Shown: positions 35,201 through 43,185 of the stretch, piece by piece
How positions within the stretch are numbered: position 1 is the first letter of the stretch
How the letters are laid out: each line of letters begins with the position of its first letter
DNA from: an uncultured virus (IMG/VR IMGVR_UViG_3300021961_000064)
Lineage: Duplodnaviria; Heunggongvirae; Uroviricota; Caudoviricetes
IMG/VR virus record: IMGVR_UViG_3300021961_000064
Strand: one strand, 5' to 3'
DNA: 64,000 nt
The notes under the pieces: model-generated
The model's database searches: none
What the model was told of the DNA's origin: nothing
The model's input: only the letters and a program-made list of their open reading frames with translations
Made by a program: the position numbers and the translations under genes

Positions 35201-37168
35201 AGTATTTGTTGAGAATTGGTTAATAGTAACTTCATTAGTACCTACACCAGAAATTACTGTTCCTGGTAGTAGATTTTCTCCAGCAAGACGATTACCTACA
35301 GCTAAAGTAGAAACACCGGCTACAACAATTGATTTAGTTGACGATAATCCAAGTGTTGGTGGAGTCAATCCTACACCTGCTGCAGCAGCATCCAAATAGA
35401 TAACATCTCCAATCAGATATCCTCTACCACCACGTTCTACATTAATAGATAAAATATCATTGTTGAAAATTTCTAGGTTAAATCTTGCACCAACACCACT
35501 TCCGGAACTTGTAGATGCGACACTGACATAAGTACCATCAGAATATTCGGTAGCAATTCCAAGGGGCTCAATACTTCTTACAATTCTATTTGTGTCAATT
35601 CCGGTAATAGTGTCTGTACCAACTCCTGCTATAAATTCTGTTCCTACTCCCGTATAAGAAGTACCTAAAGTACCAGCAACTACATGAATATTATATGGTC
35701 TACCCAATCCAATGGTTACGTTGCTATTTGGATCGGGCACTCCATTGACATAATTAGCTATTGTCGTAAATCCACTTACGTTGAAATAAGTAGCTAGACC
35801 AGAGCTAACAAATGCATCATCTAGTCTTGCACTAGAAATACCTACTGTAGTACCAATACCAACAGAAATATAAGCTTCATCTAGTCTTGCACTAGAAATA
35901 CCTACTGTAGTACCAATACCAACATTGATATATGCCAAATCTACATTTGATGCCGCAACGACCATAGTAGTTGCAATACCAACATTCATGTAGTTGTTAT
36001 CGACGATCATTGTCGTCGCAATACCAACGTTGATATTACCTGCATTAATATAAGCTGTTGTTGTAAATCCTTGATTGACAAGAGCTACATTAGTATTTGT
36101 TGCACTTAGATTTAAATTTCCACCATTTAATTCGGTTAGGTTTAACCTTTGAATTACAGCCTGATTAACATTAAGTACATCAGCGTTCACTTGACCCATT
36201 TTTTGGTCAACAAAAGCAAATTCTGTTGTAAATCCTGGGTTAATGAACGTTAAAGTTACAGTTCTGGAGAATGTAAGAGGAATTCCAGCACCAAATGTAC
36301 TAATTCCACTTGAAATTTCTACGCCACCTGGTACAACTGTGGATGCTAAAGATACAATAGTTGCTGGAGAACTTGAGATAAACTCACTTTCTACCTCATC
36401 ACCTACTTGAAGTCCTGTTGTATCGAGTCCAGTTACAGTACTATATCCTATATCACTTACACCATCCAAAACAGTACAGGATCTGGTACTAATACCAAGA
36501 GTTCCTGTAGAATTTTGTGAAATAACTACGTAATATGGATCTAAAAGGGCATCAGTACCACCAACCCCAGTTACTGTAGTATCTGATAAAATATTTCCGG
36601 GTAAAGTTACTGCATATCCAATAGTAATTGCATTAGTACTAGCAATAGAAACTAATGTGTCGCCATTAGAAGTCAAGAATTTCGCAGTTGTCTGCGTAGT
36701 AAAATCTTGAGTTAAAGTAGTTAGTCCTACAAATCCAATACCAATAGAAGCTACACTGGATCCAACAGCAATATGAGTTCCAGATACTGCATAACCAACT
36801 CTAATATTATTTGTTGCAACTCCAGAAATAATATCTGATGGTGTTCCAGTAATAATACCACTTCTAAGTGGTGGTTCTTCATACCTTACTGTAACACTTC
36901 TAGCATTAACGTCGCCTTTTACTACTGTATCACCAATAACTCTGAGTTCATAATCATTTTGGATCGAACTTGTTCCGATTCCAACACCAGTTTTATTTGT
37001 TATTTGCTGTGTTGCGGCTGCACCAACTAGGGGGTGGCCTCCAACAGATGAACCGTCGTGGACAACAGCAATGTCTAGAGTGGTGTCAATTGTTAATTCA
37101 CCTTCCGCTCCAGTAAATATTGCGTGCTCAGCTGTCGTGCCCCTTCTTAGTTGTACCTGTTTAGTCAT
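26234..37168 (-). CDS. Giant modular tail fibre with N-terminal Mtd-N-like anchor and C-terminal peptidase S74 intramolecular chaperone
   Basis: N-terminus QVQLRRGTTAEH...GELTIDT...HDG; beta-helix region (IIVEAGEYVEDNP, GDNLR, SPYIQNCS); NADLLDG and GSGLDAD junctions; C-terminal SDLRLKTNI...GVIAQEVE; GATAAATA at 37206-37213. Confidence 0.9.
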   Translation of the reverse strand: MTKQVQLRRGTTAEHAIFTGAEGELTIDTTLDIAVVHDGSSVGGHPLVGAAATQQITNKTGVGIGTSSIQNDYELRVIGDTVVKGDVNARSVTVRYEEPPLRSGIITGTPSDIISGVATNNIRVGYAVSGTHIAVGSSVASIGIGFVGLTTLTQDFTTQTTAKFLTSNGDTLVSIASTNAITIGYAVTLPGNILSDTTVTGVGGTDALLDPYYVVISQNSTGTLGISTRSCTVLDGVSDIGYSTVTGLDTTGLQVGDEVESEFISSSPATIVSLASTVVPGGVEISSGISTFGAGIPLTFSRTVTLTFINPGFTTEFAFVDQKMGQVNADVLNVNQAVIQRLNLTELNGGNLNLSATNTNVALVNQGFTTTAYINAGNINVGIATTMIVDNNYMNVGIATTMVVAASNVDLAYINVGIGTTVGISSARLDEAYISVGIGTTVGISSARLDDAFVSSGLATYFNVSGFTTIANYVNGVPDPNSNVTIGLGRPYNIHVVAGTLGTSYTGVGTEFIAGVGTDTITGIDTNRIVRSIEPLGIATEYSDGTYVSVASTSSGSGVGARFNLEIFNNDILSINVERGGRGYLIGDVIYLDAAAAGVGLTPPTLGLSSTKSIVVAGVSTLAVGNRLAGENLLPGTVISGVGTNEVTINQFSTNTEVVPLQTFESASRSTINLDVTGNARVTGILTVGVSSITLNGGNSSVSGIEHLTATEINALQRIVVNNPLSVVYQGTLAVGNTNYISGVATDGVQVGYAVTNEYLPTGTEVVSIGNSSVEISRFALNTVPIQTTNGYIETINGDKIAGVTTNNIRVGSAVSGEYVGSGVTVISIGIGSVTVSVASSEPYGESIYQGTLASTGVSTITGIATANIDIGHVIIAPTYILAGTTVAGIGVSSITLSQAATNVGIQTQSYVFRRVSEYVFTYEEGAVITQDFYFEDSVSGISTIPSLKGKNANFTGIGSFDTVIARRTIITSDLTVNNFVVPGISTLNQIEVASGIVTELSGTNIEYTGIATLGNVRIGAGQTTFIVDGNGRLTGILTVGLTSTTDGMTIDGRFDAIHGVKDLQVDSGIATNLTGSNLNYTGIQTFNDTSLTELSFVGVNTYTGLDQTVTFQQSRVAIATNYTLTLPPNPGRDGMSLIVDGFGNLGFSTNPGGLYENRLYVSGANGNDNDDGKTKPVKTLKRAAQLASFESFVLPGAEYLDGAKLLKANREFIQEEVVGFITATFPGFSTALDWDREICKRDVGYIVDAIEYDLTYNGNSKSVEAGLAYYSGIGTNYVDGEKTETIAGFNHIVNLSKYVINNVPVAGPSGIYNDARTLLLLNKDFIAAEAVGFITATYPSLLSNPDYDRTKCLRDMGHIIEAVSYDLSFGGNTKTVGAGVSYWTGTNNSVSGEVTETIAAFQYIYEISPYVINNVGVPTHYQTGVAGTVSQAFDSSIAFDSTCSPSAYSSNCCASVQSAIVNLVGIVTSIVGSGTSTTVSGLEYTATSGIATVTLDSSLGITTGSRFKLSGLTMSCDSYTTNDINITNVDYNEVVGICTITLDANHGLSPDDTVKLEGIEFSCDSEHAGISTTIFPTPLHNNNALYGTYDVFRCVDGTFGAQIVVNCGVSTIAHTYVSGGTATPGITTTTFPYPVDPYGSSPYGDTFTATSVDGNVITFAAGISTIAHTYVSGGTAIFGNAAPVVVSPTGNFQNTVGQAFDFEVVYDVTCSGYTNSYHESCCANVQSTISNLVGIITTIVGVGTTSAPEVIAPTAKSTPVAIIVEAGEYVEDNPIILYEDVAVLGDNLRNTIIRPGNAGKDLLRVRNGCYLTGFAMKDYVDDAGVPQYTFDNAVAFDDPSDPFVSREGYAVKTGKSIITRSPYIQNCSILSFLGGNGMLVDGSKVLSPNIPIIPEEAEINPDLVQPEQGKSMVAAAFTMVSFGGIGWRVINDGYSQVVSCFQIFCRYGSLAQSGGYLSITNSATNFGFYALRSTGFSQNSFIFDRSRIAATGTSGGLQTLRVVGVGRSDQDLYVCRFYDNNNNDSTNLFKPLLVTSEFNAAVGVDTNTETINITAHPFSQGDSVVYFGDEQAVPPRIIGGLVNQNQYFVQYIDANSFKLYEDDSFSRLVDLTSVSTGIHTFTKNNQEFFVKEIIDSHNNYQRVSLASTTDTIRFVSGREVTQNVSGGQAVGYAYTYNSTTRELVLSVEEAAGIRRNFQITGGSNGVISDHSPVPIGIAVTNVAGITTYWSLEFKVDSTDPGTTITGIANLPEDYKLHFHRPSIINSSSHTWEYSGSGIDYNALPQNGGRTVASSEQVSELGGRVYSSGTNELGDFKIGDFITAYNRTGNIIFNNTVTIGTLDSIRLSLSGGVQIEEFSVDAGLGDNELGGPQDKRVSTQLAVRAFLNNRLGSFIDKTVSTNAVPNSVVQLNSIGQINADLIPPKVVNYYRTIYEGGKTSLANRIPAADIQSGDTVVEPTNAYVLISDLISQYIILDNSGTYNFSNGDTIRGTVSQGGAVGIITAPTYFSGNIGYGTTGLVKGVALNLNTLAGGSGYTSAGIYSGVQALRTTGIGTGMSLTITVSAGGTVSQVAIETGGRYYNGGDYVTVAPASIGGRSGGSDFTVRVGTVETRLYVSLTNNQKFQGSTSLPDYISDNTAVAISTNVGLAVTTTFTGTGIDVGGAVDFTNDRIVIGDNSIFGDGDAVRYYSTGNEVGPLVLLDTYWVKKVGLSSVELYDSYALSSRVNLQSSGTGSHTLTRLGINTSTDQITFVNHGFAQGDPVQVTSPGSLPTGITTDSFYFIGSRTDNTFTLHLTRSDSLLSANGLLYNAIDIEAVNGAGIVSFTKQNITYTSTVNTSSTDENNWALLATNTVDAANIVSGIIAPSRLGNGTANSQTFLRGDSSYQKVVMSVGIGTTQPIGVTATSVDFAPSGVGINTYYGNVNITLNRVQTTVDLYSTLGVSKFKNSTFLIGSDGEVQIKSAAGGGDVDASTFGGNAPAYYLDINNIQGNIPITRGGTGLQALPSAGAILIGNGSSYNLTTTPTFTGDVAFNGGSGAITLNANGDITMSSGSTWSGEKSFKIQAYSNNLYLQYTTNLYMRNSGGSNRFTLDTSGNMSVSGTVTGTRLISNVANGTAPLSVTSSTVVTNLNADLLDGLQLHTGVNNQANRVVRTDGSGYIQCGFINSSSGELGDWGNGTVRYTASNDAYLRYLSRNSIKVQLGLSGKYDTDRRDFTTDSNYFTGVMGWSNINLNTLFDYGSGFIDAWSNPANQPSGTSHWVGVQAMHYTNASNRYGWQMVVGAGDPSLTYIRGTWGSSFTSWRKMWNDGNDGSGSGLDADTVDGYGTSTGRGGSTVAVRDGSAGLTAAYFTPGIAGSNSGNARSSYPYAFGFQESGGWSGAIPDLVLQYHTGVTLAANSSYEGIRFKNDYNSDTVRFQINGGSNYNYSFNWLRTDPGIYNATNGANFYVNTSTSYCPWYCTGSRSGYYGLAFNAGNLPHVMFDGSGNGGIYHQTGGRWNIYYSYSNNCLAVTGSTTSATYELYVSGDIYATGTITAASDLRLKTNINTIENALEKVLALRGVTYEWDLTKAKGRKEGVKMGVIAQEVEPIIPEVVTYAADVDEYSVEYGNMTALLIEAVKEQQQIINTMRAEIETLKLKLGE
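35817..35924. repeat. Tandem duplication with 60-bp period (48 bp identical)
   Basis: tcatctagtcttgcactagaaatacctactgtagtaccaataccaaca at 35817-35864 and 35877-35924. Confidence 0.95.
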
Positions 37169-37223
37169 AGTACTATACGACCCAAAATTACTATTTCTTC
37201 TGATATATTTATCAGGATCGAAA

Positions 37224-40200
37224 TTAAATAATCACAACGTATGTTCTTGGGATCTGGTACTTGTTCAGTTCTGTAATAGATTCGATCTCTTGGATAGTAA
37301 TATTTCCGATTCCAACATAAGTTGCATAAGAAATAGACTCTGTTCCACCAGAAATGGTGAATAGTGATCCAAGTGTTTGTACATAATTCTTGACGAGAGA
37401 TTCTGTTGCGGTTCCATTGATAAATGTTGTTCCACTTCCATCTGGAGATGGAATAAATCTGACATCTGGATAAACAAGTTCCCCAGAAAGACTGATAATT
37501 GCGAGTCCTTCCTGAGAATATGTTGCGATCTCTCTTGTAGATGCATTTCCGGAAACAGAGAAGAGACCAATACCAACATTTTCGTATGTCTGTTCGATCT
37601 TCGTGGAAGCGGAACCAGACAGAGTATAAAGAACCTCGGTTTCTGGAGTTTGTGCAGAGAACGATTCCGAAGAACCGGAAACTGCAAATATAGTTCCAGA
37701 TCCAATGTAAATTTCTGTCTCGGAATCTGATCCAGAAGAAATTGTAGATACGGAACCAGAACCATGATATCCAAATGTTCTGTGGACATCTGAAGCAAAT
37801 ACGGAAATAATAATATCCGAAGGAATTGCAACAAAAGTACTGAGTTCTGTTTTGGAGGTTTCTCCAGATCCAGAAATATCGAAGAGTTGCGTATTTTCTG
37901 GAGGATTTGCAGTGAAACTTATGTGTGCAGATTCAATATAATCAGAAGTGAAGATCTCCTGATCACAAGTGTCATACTCATTATCGCAAGTATGAGTTAC
38001 AAATCTCGCATTTCCACGTCCAACATAATTTACAATGGATATTACATATGCGTTTCCACTTGTATCAAGTTGTCCTATACCTACTTCAGACTTAGAACTT
38101 CTGATTTCGATAGTTCCATTAAATCCATATAGAACTTCTGTTTCTGGAGTTTGTGCAGAATAGGATTCGAATCCAATACCAGAAATAACAAAGAGTTGAG
38201 TATCTTCTGGTGTTTGTGCGGAATAAGCTTCAGATGCGCCAGTAAGGGATAGTAAAGAACCAGTTCCTGCATATGCATCGGTTTCTGTATAATATGCAGA
38301 AGAGTAGATGTAATCAACTCCTTCAGTATCAAATGTTGGCCAAAGTTGATCAAATGTCTGTGAGAGGGAATCAATTGTGACTCTACCAAGTCTACCAATA
38401 CTAATTTCTCCACCTGCGACATAACTTTCAACTTCTTTCTCGATTGAACCACTAGAGATTGTGAAGAGTCCGGAAGTTCCAGGATCCCTATCATCTCCAT
38501 AATATCCATAAACATTAACTTCTTGAGTAATTGCAGCTGAAGGTGTGAATAGGGAACCAGATGCAATATAAGTAGACCTTGTAAAACTCCAGGATTTTCC
38601 AATTCCAAGTGGAGCATATGGATAAACTTCTTGTGGACTATATCCCGTTGATGCATAGAATGTACCAAGACCAGCATATGGAGTAAGAACACCATATTTT
38701 GCCGTATCTCTAATCTGATCAAAGAGGATCGTTCCGATCCCGGTTCCAGGAACTTTATCGTTGATTGGGTATCTGTTGGAATAAGTTTCAGCATCACGAG
38801 GAATACCTTCACTATCTGGACTTGTACCAACTCCAATTCTAAAGAGAATGCCAGTTGTACCGATACCGATGTTCTTCTCAATACCATAATGTGGAGTATA
38901 ATCAATATCTGGATGATTGAGTTCTCCAGAAATAGTGATGAGACCACCACTAAAGTCTGCTGGTTGTGGATATAGGTGATCTCCAGGGTTAATGCCATAT
39001 ACCTGGATTTCCTTAGTGGATCCAATACCAGATACATCAAATAGTTGTGTATTATCTGGGGTATCAAATCTGACTTTTTCAATCGCTGTTCCTGTAAGAG
39101 CAACTGTTCCGACACCGACATAATTAAATCCGACTTTTTCGGTAATGTATCCAAAAGTCTGGAATAGTTGAGTATCTTCTGGTGGGTTGAATACAACTCT
39201 CTTCTCAGCGGTAACAATACCGACGAATTGGAATAGTTGTGTATTTTCTGGTGGATTTGCAGTAAATTTCTCTATTCCAGAAGAAGTTCCTGTAATTTGA
39301 ATACCGGTTGTACCAATACCAATATTCTTCTCAATACCATAATGTGGTGTAAGATCAATAAGTGGATGAACCAGTTCTCCAGAAATTCTCTTAGATGCAT
39401 ATAGTTCGTTGATATTACCAAGCAATCCAAAAGTTTCTTCTACAAAATCTGGTAACTTAAATGCAATACCCGCCTGAGCACCTATCTGGAATGGTGCATA
39501 TGAATATTCATCAGTTAACTCAGAAAGATCTGTTATAAGAGTTGTTGAAGCTAGTTTGTATCCAGAACTCCATTTAGCAGCAGGACCAAAGTCAAAGTTT
39601 ACATAATCTCTCTTACCAACAACTGCATTTGCAATGAACTGGTTAAGGAGATTTTGTCCAGCAATGTTTGCAACATAAGTTACTACATAATCATCAATTA
39701 CAATATAACCGCCGTTTGCAGCTCCACCAAATCCAGTTCCATTACAGAAGTTCTTCCACTGATCTGTCCAATTTGTGGATAGTTCACCACTATCGACCCA
39801 ACCAGTAACAAAGTCAACACCATAAATCTTGAGTGTTTCATAGATGGCTTGATCTGTTCCAAGTCCAGAGATAGAAACATTACCAACTCCAGTATAAAGA
39901 CCTTTGGAGAAACTCCAAGATCTTCCAACACCAGGCTCTGGAAGCCATGGATAGGATTCTTGTGGACTGAGGCCATTGACAATATTGAAGAGGCCGAATG
40001 GATATGTAGTAACAGCGGGGAGACTTGGGATAAAGCTTCCAAATCCAATGATTGGGCCCCAAACCTCTGCTGGATCGTGTATTACTGTGATTGAACCCCA
40101 GTCATCATAACCATTGTAAGCTGGAGTATCAAGAATACCTTCATAATTAATTTCATCTACGATTACTACATCATATTCATCATAAACCTTGGTAATAGAC

Positions 40201-41669
40201 TCTGCAGCACCACTGAGTAGTGGAATAGTTCCAGATGCAACATAATCACGAATTCTATCGGTATCAGCAACGTCAGATAGACGGAATGCATAGGTTCCGA
40301 TACCGATATTCTTCTCAATACCATAATGTGGGGTATAATCAACAAATGGATGTATAAGTGGAGTTCCAGAAATGGTAACAATACCACTACTAATATCTAA
40401 TGGTTGTGGATATAGGTGATCTCCAGGATTGATTCCATATACCTGAATCTCTCTTGTTGCAGCATTTCCAGCAAATGTAAGAGCAACGCCATAGCTGAGT
40501 GGATTTGTTGATCCAGTTCCGGTTAGTGGATAGACAGACTCGGTAAATCCAAATCCAACTAATTGTTCAAAGTCAAGTTGTCCCTCTGCTCCAGCGGAGA
40601 TAAATCCCCAATCACCAAATTCTGGATCATAAACTGGTACATCTAAAATTGTACCAAGTGAAGCCTCGCTGAATATCTTGATTGACGATTCATTATAAGA
40701 ATAAGTAGCAGATTCAATTTTTTCACCAAACTTGAGAATTGTGCCAGATCCTGAGTAATTTCCTTTACTAAAGTTATATGTTCTACCAACTCCTGGTTCT
40801 GGTAACCATGGATAGGATTCTTGTGGACTATATCCTGTAACTACATCAAATAGTCCTGTACCTGCTAAACTTGGTACAAAGTATAAAGTTCCATCTTGAC
40901 CACTTAAAGCGGTTTGTGGGACTTTCAGGGACGCTCTGGATAGGTTTATATCGCCGAGGTTACCATTGGTAGAATTTAATACAAAGTCTGGTAACTTAAA
41001 TACTGCTCCAGTCTCTCCACCAAGTCCAACAAATATACCCCAACTGTATATTTCAGTTAGATCATCAAAACTAGTTACTTGACCCTTATAAACGTACTCT
41101 GAAGACCACTGAGCAATAATGCCACTATCAAAGTTTACATAATGATGGTCTCCGTCAGTGGAATTTGTTAAAACATGATTTATCCAGTCCAGTCCAGATG
41201 CATCATTAATATAAGCGAAAGCCTTATCATCTTCGGTTGCATACTTGCCGGTAATGCCTGTTCCAGATCCTAAGGCATTACAATAATCTTTTAATTGCAG
41301 TGTTGTGTTTACGCCAACACCAGTATCTCTAGTACCAGTTACAAAATCTACAGCGTAAACATTTACGTCTTGAGTCGTAGATTGTAATACTGAAAGTACG
41401 GAACCAAATGGAACAATAGTAGATGTTGCAATTTGTTCTACTGTTCCAAGGTCTTCTACAGGTCCGTTAAAATCTGTTACTTGACCGTAATCTTCTATAG
41501 AAGTTACAACTGATAATCCATCCCCACCAAGAGTGAAGTCTGTGGCAGTAAACAAATTTATAGAATCAACGTTATAATCAAATAGTCTTGAAATATTTCC
41601 TAAACTTTCTGCGGTTCCAGAAAAACCTAGTTTAACTTCTCCAGATGGAGTATATGTATATGTGGCCAT
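37224..41669 (-). CDS. 1481-aa acidic repeat-rich putative virion protein
   Basis: Repeats TPHYGIEKNIGIGT x3, SPQE.YP x3, EIQVYGINPGDHLYPQP x2, many P(P)E.TQLF. Confidence 0.8.
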   Translation of the reverse strand: MATYTYTPSGEVKLGFSGTAESLGNISRLFDYNVDSINLFTATDFTLGGDGLSVVTSIEDYGQVTDFNGPVEDLGTVEQIATSTIVPFGSVLSVLQSTTQDVNVYAVDFVTGTRDTGVGVNTTLQLKDYCNALGSGTGITGKYATEDDKAFAYINDASGLDWINHVLTNSTDGDHHYVNFDSGIIAQWSSEYVYKGQVTSFDDLTEIYSWGIFVGLGGETGAVFKLPDFVLNSTNGNLGDINLSRASLKVPQTALSGQDGTLYFVPSLAGTGLFDVVTGYSPQESYPWLPEPGVGRTYNFSKGNYSGSGTILKFGEKIESATYSYNESSIKIFSEASLGTILDVPVYDPEFGDWGFISAGAEGQLDFEQLVGFGFTESVYPLTGTGSTNPLSYGVALTFAGNAATREIQVYGINPGDHLYPQPLDISSGIVTISGTPLIHPFVDYTPHYGIEKNIGIGTYAFRLSDVADTDRIRDYVASGTIPLLSGAAESITKVYDEYDVVIVDEINYEGILDTPAYNGYDDWGSITVIHDPAEVWGPIIGFGSFIPSLPAVTTYPFGLFNIVNGLSPQESYPWLPEPGVGRSWSFSKGLYTGVGNVSISGLGTDQAIYETLKIYGVDFVTGWVDSGELSTNWTDQWKNFCNGTGFGGAANGGYIVIDDYVVTYVANIAGQNLLNQFIANAVVGKRDYVNFDFGPAAKWSSGYKLASTTLITDLSELTDEYSYAPFQIGAQAGIAFKLPDFVEETFGLLGNINELYASKRISGELVHPLIDLTPHYGIEKNIGIGTTGIQITGTSSGIEKFTANPPENTQLFQFVGIVTAEKRVVFNPPEDTQLFQTFGYITEKVGFNYVGVGTVALTGTAIEKVRFDTPDNTQLFDVSGIGSTKEIQVYGINPGDHLYPQPADFSGGLITISGELNHPDIDYTPHYGIEKNIGIGTTGILFRIGVGTSPDSEGIPRDAETYSNRYPINDKVPGTGIGTILFDQIRDTAKYGVLTPYAGLGTFYASTGYSPQEVYPYAPLGIGKSWSFTRSTYIASGSLFTPSAAITQEVNVYGYYGDDRDPGTSGLFTISSGSIEKEVESYVAGGEISIGRLGRVTIDSLSQTFDQLWPTFDTEGVDYIYSSAYYTETDAYAGTGSLLSLTGASEAYSAQTPEDTQLFVISGIGFESYSAQTPETEVLYGFNGTIEIRSSKSEVGIGQLDTSGNAYVISIVNYVGRGNARFVTHTCDNEYDTCDQEIFTSDYIESAHISFTANPPENTQLFDISGSGETSKTELSTFVAIPSDIIISVFASDVHRTFGYHGSGSVSTISSGSDSETEIYIGSGTIFAVSGSSESFSAQTPETEVLYTLSGSASTKIEQTYENVGIGLFSVSGNASTREIATYSQEGLAIISLSGELVYPDVRFIPSPDGSGTTFINGTATESLVKNYVQTLGSLFTISGGTESISYATYVGIGNITIQEIESITELNKYQIPRTYVVII

Positions 41670-42043
41670 CAGACTCCACCTCCCGACTTATCTGGAACTA
41701 CTAATCTTTCTAATCCATTATTAAGTTCAAAGAATGTTCCATAACCAAACCAAGTAATGTATAGGCCGTTGAGAATAATTGACTTCTTATTAAGATCCTC
41801 AAGTTTAATAGCCCAAACAGAAATTTTCTTATAATTTGATTTAACTGTTTTTGGATTGACTTTAATAGTCCCAAAAGGAACGATTGTTTCCGTGTTTGTA
41901 ATTAAAGAATGATTTTCAATATCATCAGAACAATCGGATATTTTTCCACAATCGAGTACTTCATTTGGAGAACCGGAAAGAAGTCCGTAAGAATCCTCCA
42001 AATATTCATTTATAGATGATAAGTTGTACTCGTAAATAGCCAT
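41669..42043 (-). CDS. Hypothetical protein sharing the YNxxSI...IVPFG module with the 1481-aa protein
   Basis: YEYNLSSINEY...ETIVPFG versus FDYNVDSINLF...STIVPFG; TGATG coupling. Confidence 0.7.
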   Translation of the reverse strand: MAIYEYNLSSINEYLEDSYGLLSGSPNEVLDCGKISDCSDDIENHSLITNTETIVPFGTIKVNPKTVKSNYKKISVWAIKLEDLNKKSIILNGLYITWFGYGTFFELNNGLERLVVPDKSGGGV

Positions 42044-42067
42044 CCGTAACTACAACGAAGTAGATAG

Positions 42068-42101
42068 AAAAAAATAGGGGATTGTGTTTGAAACAATCCC
42101 C
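42068..42101 (-). terminator. Rho-independent terminator
   Basis: Perfect 9-bp stem GGGGATTGT/ACAATCCCC followed by TATTTTTTT. Confidence 0.85.
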
Positions 42102-42130
42102 AAAAGTTCAATAATATATTTATTTAGATA

Positions 42131-43138
42131 TCAGTCAAGAGCAACGTTTAGAGTGATCTTGATTTGGTCTCCATTGTTCTGAATGGTGTAAGGACCGTTT
42201 GTGAATCTCTCAGCATACATGATGCTGCTGTATAGAGTGGCGGTTCCTACTCCAGCGAGAGCATTTTCTGTTGGGTTGAGTGCTGGAGTTGTGTAGAACT
42301 CATCAGCATTTGGTACTGAGAATACTGTATAAGTATTTGACTCAGTTGTGGTGTTTGCAGTACCTGCTGCAACGTATAGGATGTCTCCAGCAACTAGTTG
42401 GTGACCAACTGCGGTGATCTTACCGTAATTGAATTCTACGCTAGGATCGGTTGCAACCTGAATGTTGTCAACAAGAGGTTTATCGAGATAGATGACCTTA
42501 AGAGCTCTATCAATACCGATTACCTTCGTTCCTGCTTGAATACCTGCGTTACCACCTACAACCATTCCTAGTGTAAGATCATCGATACTTACGTCTGGGT
42601 CAACGGTGATATATCTGTTACCAACGACACCAATTGTTGGGTCGGTGTTATTTCCTTTGGTTACGGTGGTTCCGATACCAACTGAAGCAGCGTGAACAAC
42701 ACCCTGTACAGCGATAGGCATGTTGTTTGCTCTAGTTACATAGTAACCATAAACATCGCCTGCGTCACCAGTGAAAGTAAATGTTTGTTCTGGGTATGTT
42801 GCGGTAGTTCCAGATCCTACCTGATTGATCTGCCAACGTGAACCATTTAAAAGAATACCTGTTTGTGAGGTATAATCTTGATCCGTTCTATTATTTACAC
42901 AATATGGATAGCCTGTATAAGGAGCATATCCATAAGCATTGGTATTACCAATTCCGTATGGTTCATAATATGCGGAGGCTGATGGAACATCAGATTCAGC
43001 TGGAGTGGTATTACTAGTAAAAAGTTTTAAAACTAGATTTCTGGGAGACTGATCAGCAAGACTCGCTGTGTGGTTGTTCTGTGCAACCAGGTATCTGAGT
43101 GACTCAAGTTCTCCAATGTTTGGGACTAATAGTGCCAT
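42131..43138 (-). CDS. Putative abundant virion structural protein
   Basis: MALLVPNIGE, LKLFTSNTTPAESD, VYGYYVT, YAERFTNGPY.IQNNGDQIKIT; has its own TATAAATA (43183-43190), GGAG RBS and terminator. Confidence 0.75.
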   Translation of the reverse strand: MALLVPNIGELESLRYLVAQNNHTASLADQSPRNLVLKLFTSNTTPAESDVPSASAYYEPYGIGNTNAYGYAPYTGYPYCVNNRTDQDYTSQTGILLNGSRWQINQVGSGTTATYPEQTFTFTGDAGDVYGYYVTRANNMPIAVQGVVHAASVGIGTTVTKGNNTDPTIGVVGNRYITVDPDVSIDDLTLGMVVGGNAGIQAGTKVIGIDRALKVIYLDKPLVDNIQVATDPSVEFNYGKITAVGHQLVAGDILYVAAGTANTTTESNTYTVFSVPNADEFYTTPALNPTENALAGVGTATLYSSIMYAERFTNGPYTIQNNGDQIKITLNVALD

Positions 43139-43185
43139 GTAAACAACTCCTTCTACAGGTTATGATTTTTGATAACTATCTTTAT

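Noticed and set aside
37030..37168. Mtd-N-like start suggesting a diversity-generating retroelement target
   Set aside because: No reverse transcriptase or adenine-variable TR/VR pair is visible in the window; this N-terminal anchor is common in ordinary fibres.
38081..39217. 378-aa alternative-frame ORF inside the 1481-aa gene (also 37265-37834)
   Set aside because: The Leu/Ile/Gln-rich composition is what an off-frame read of biased codons gives; the main frame carries all the conserved repeats and no slippery site was evident.
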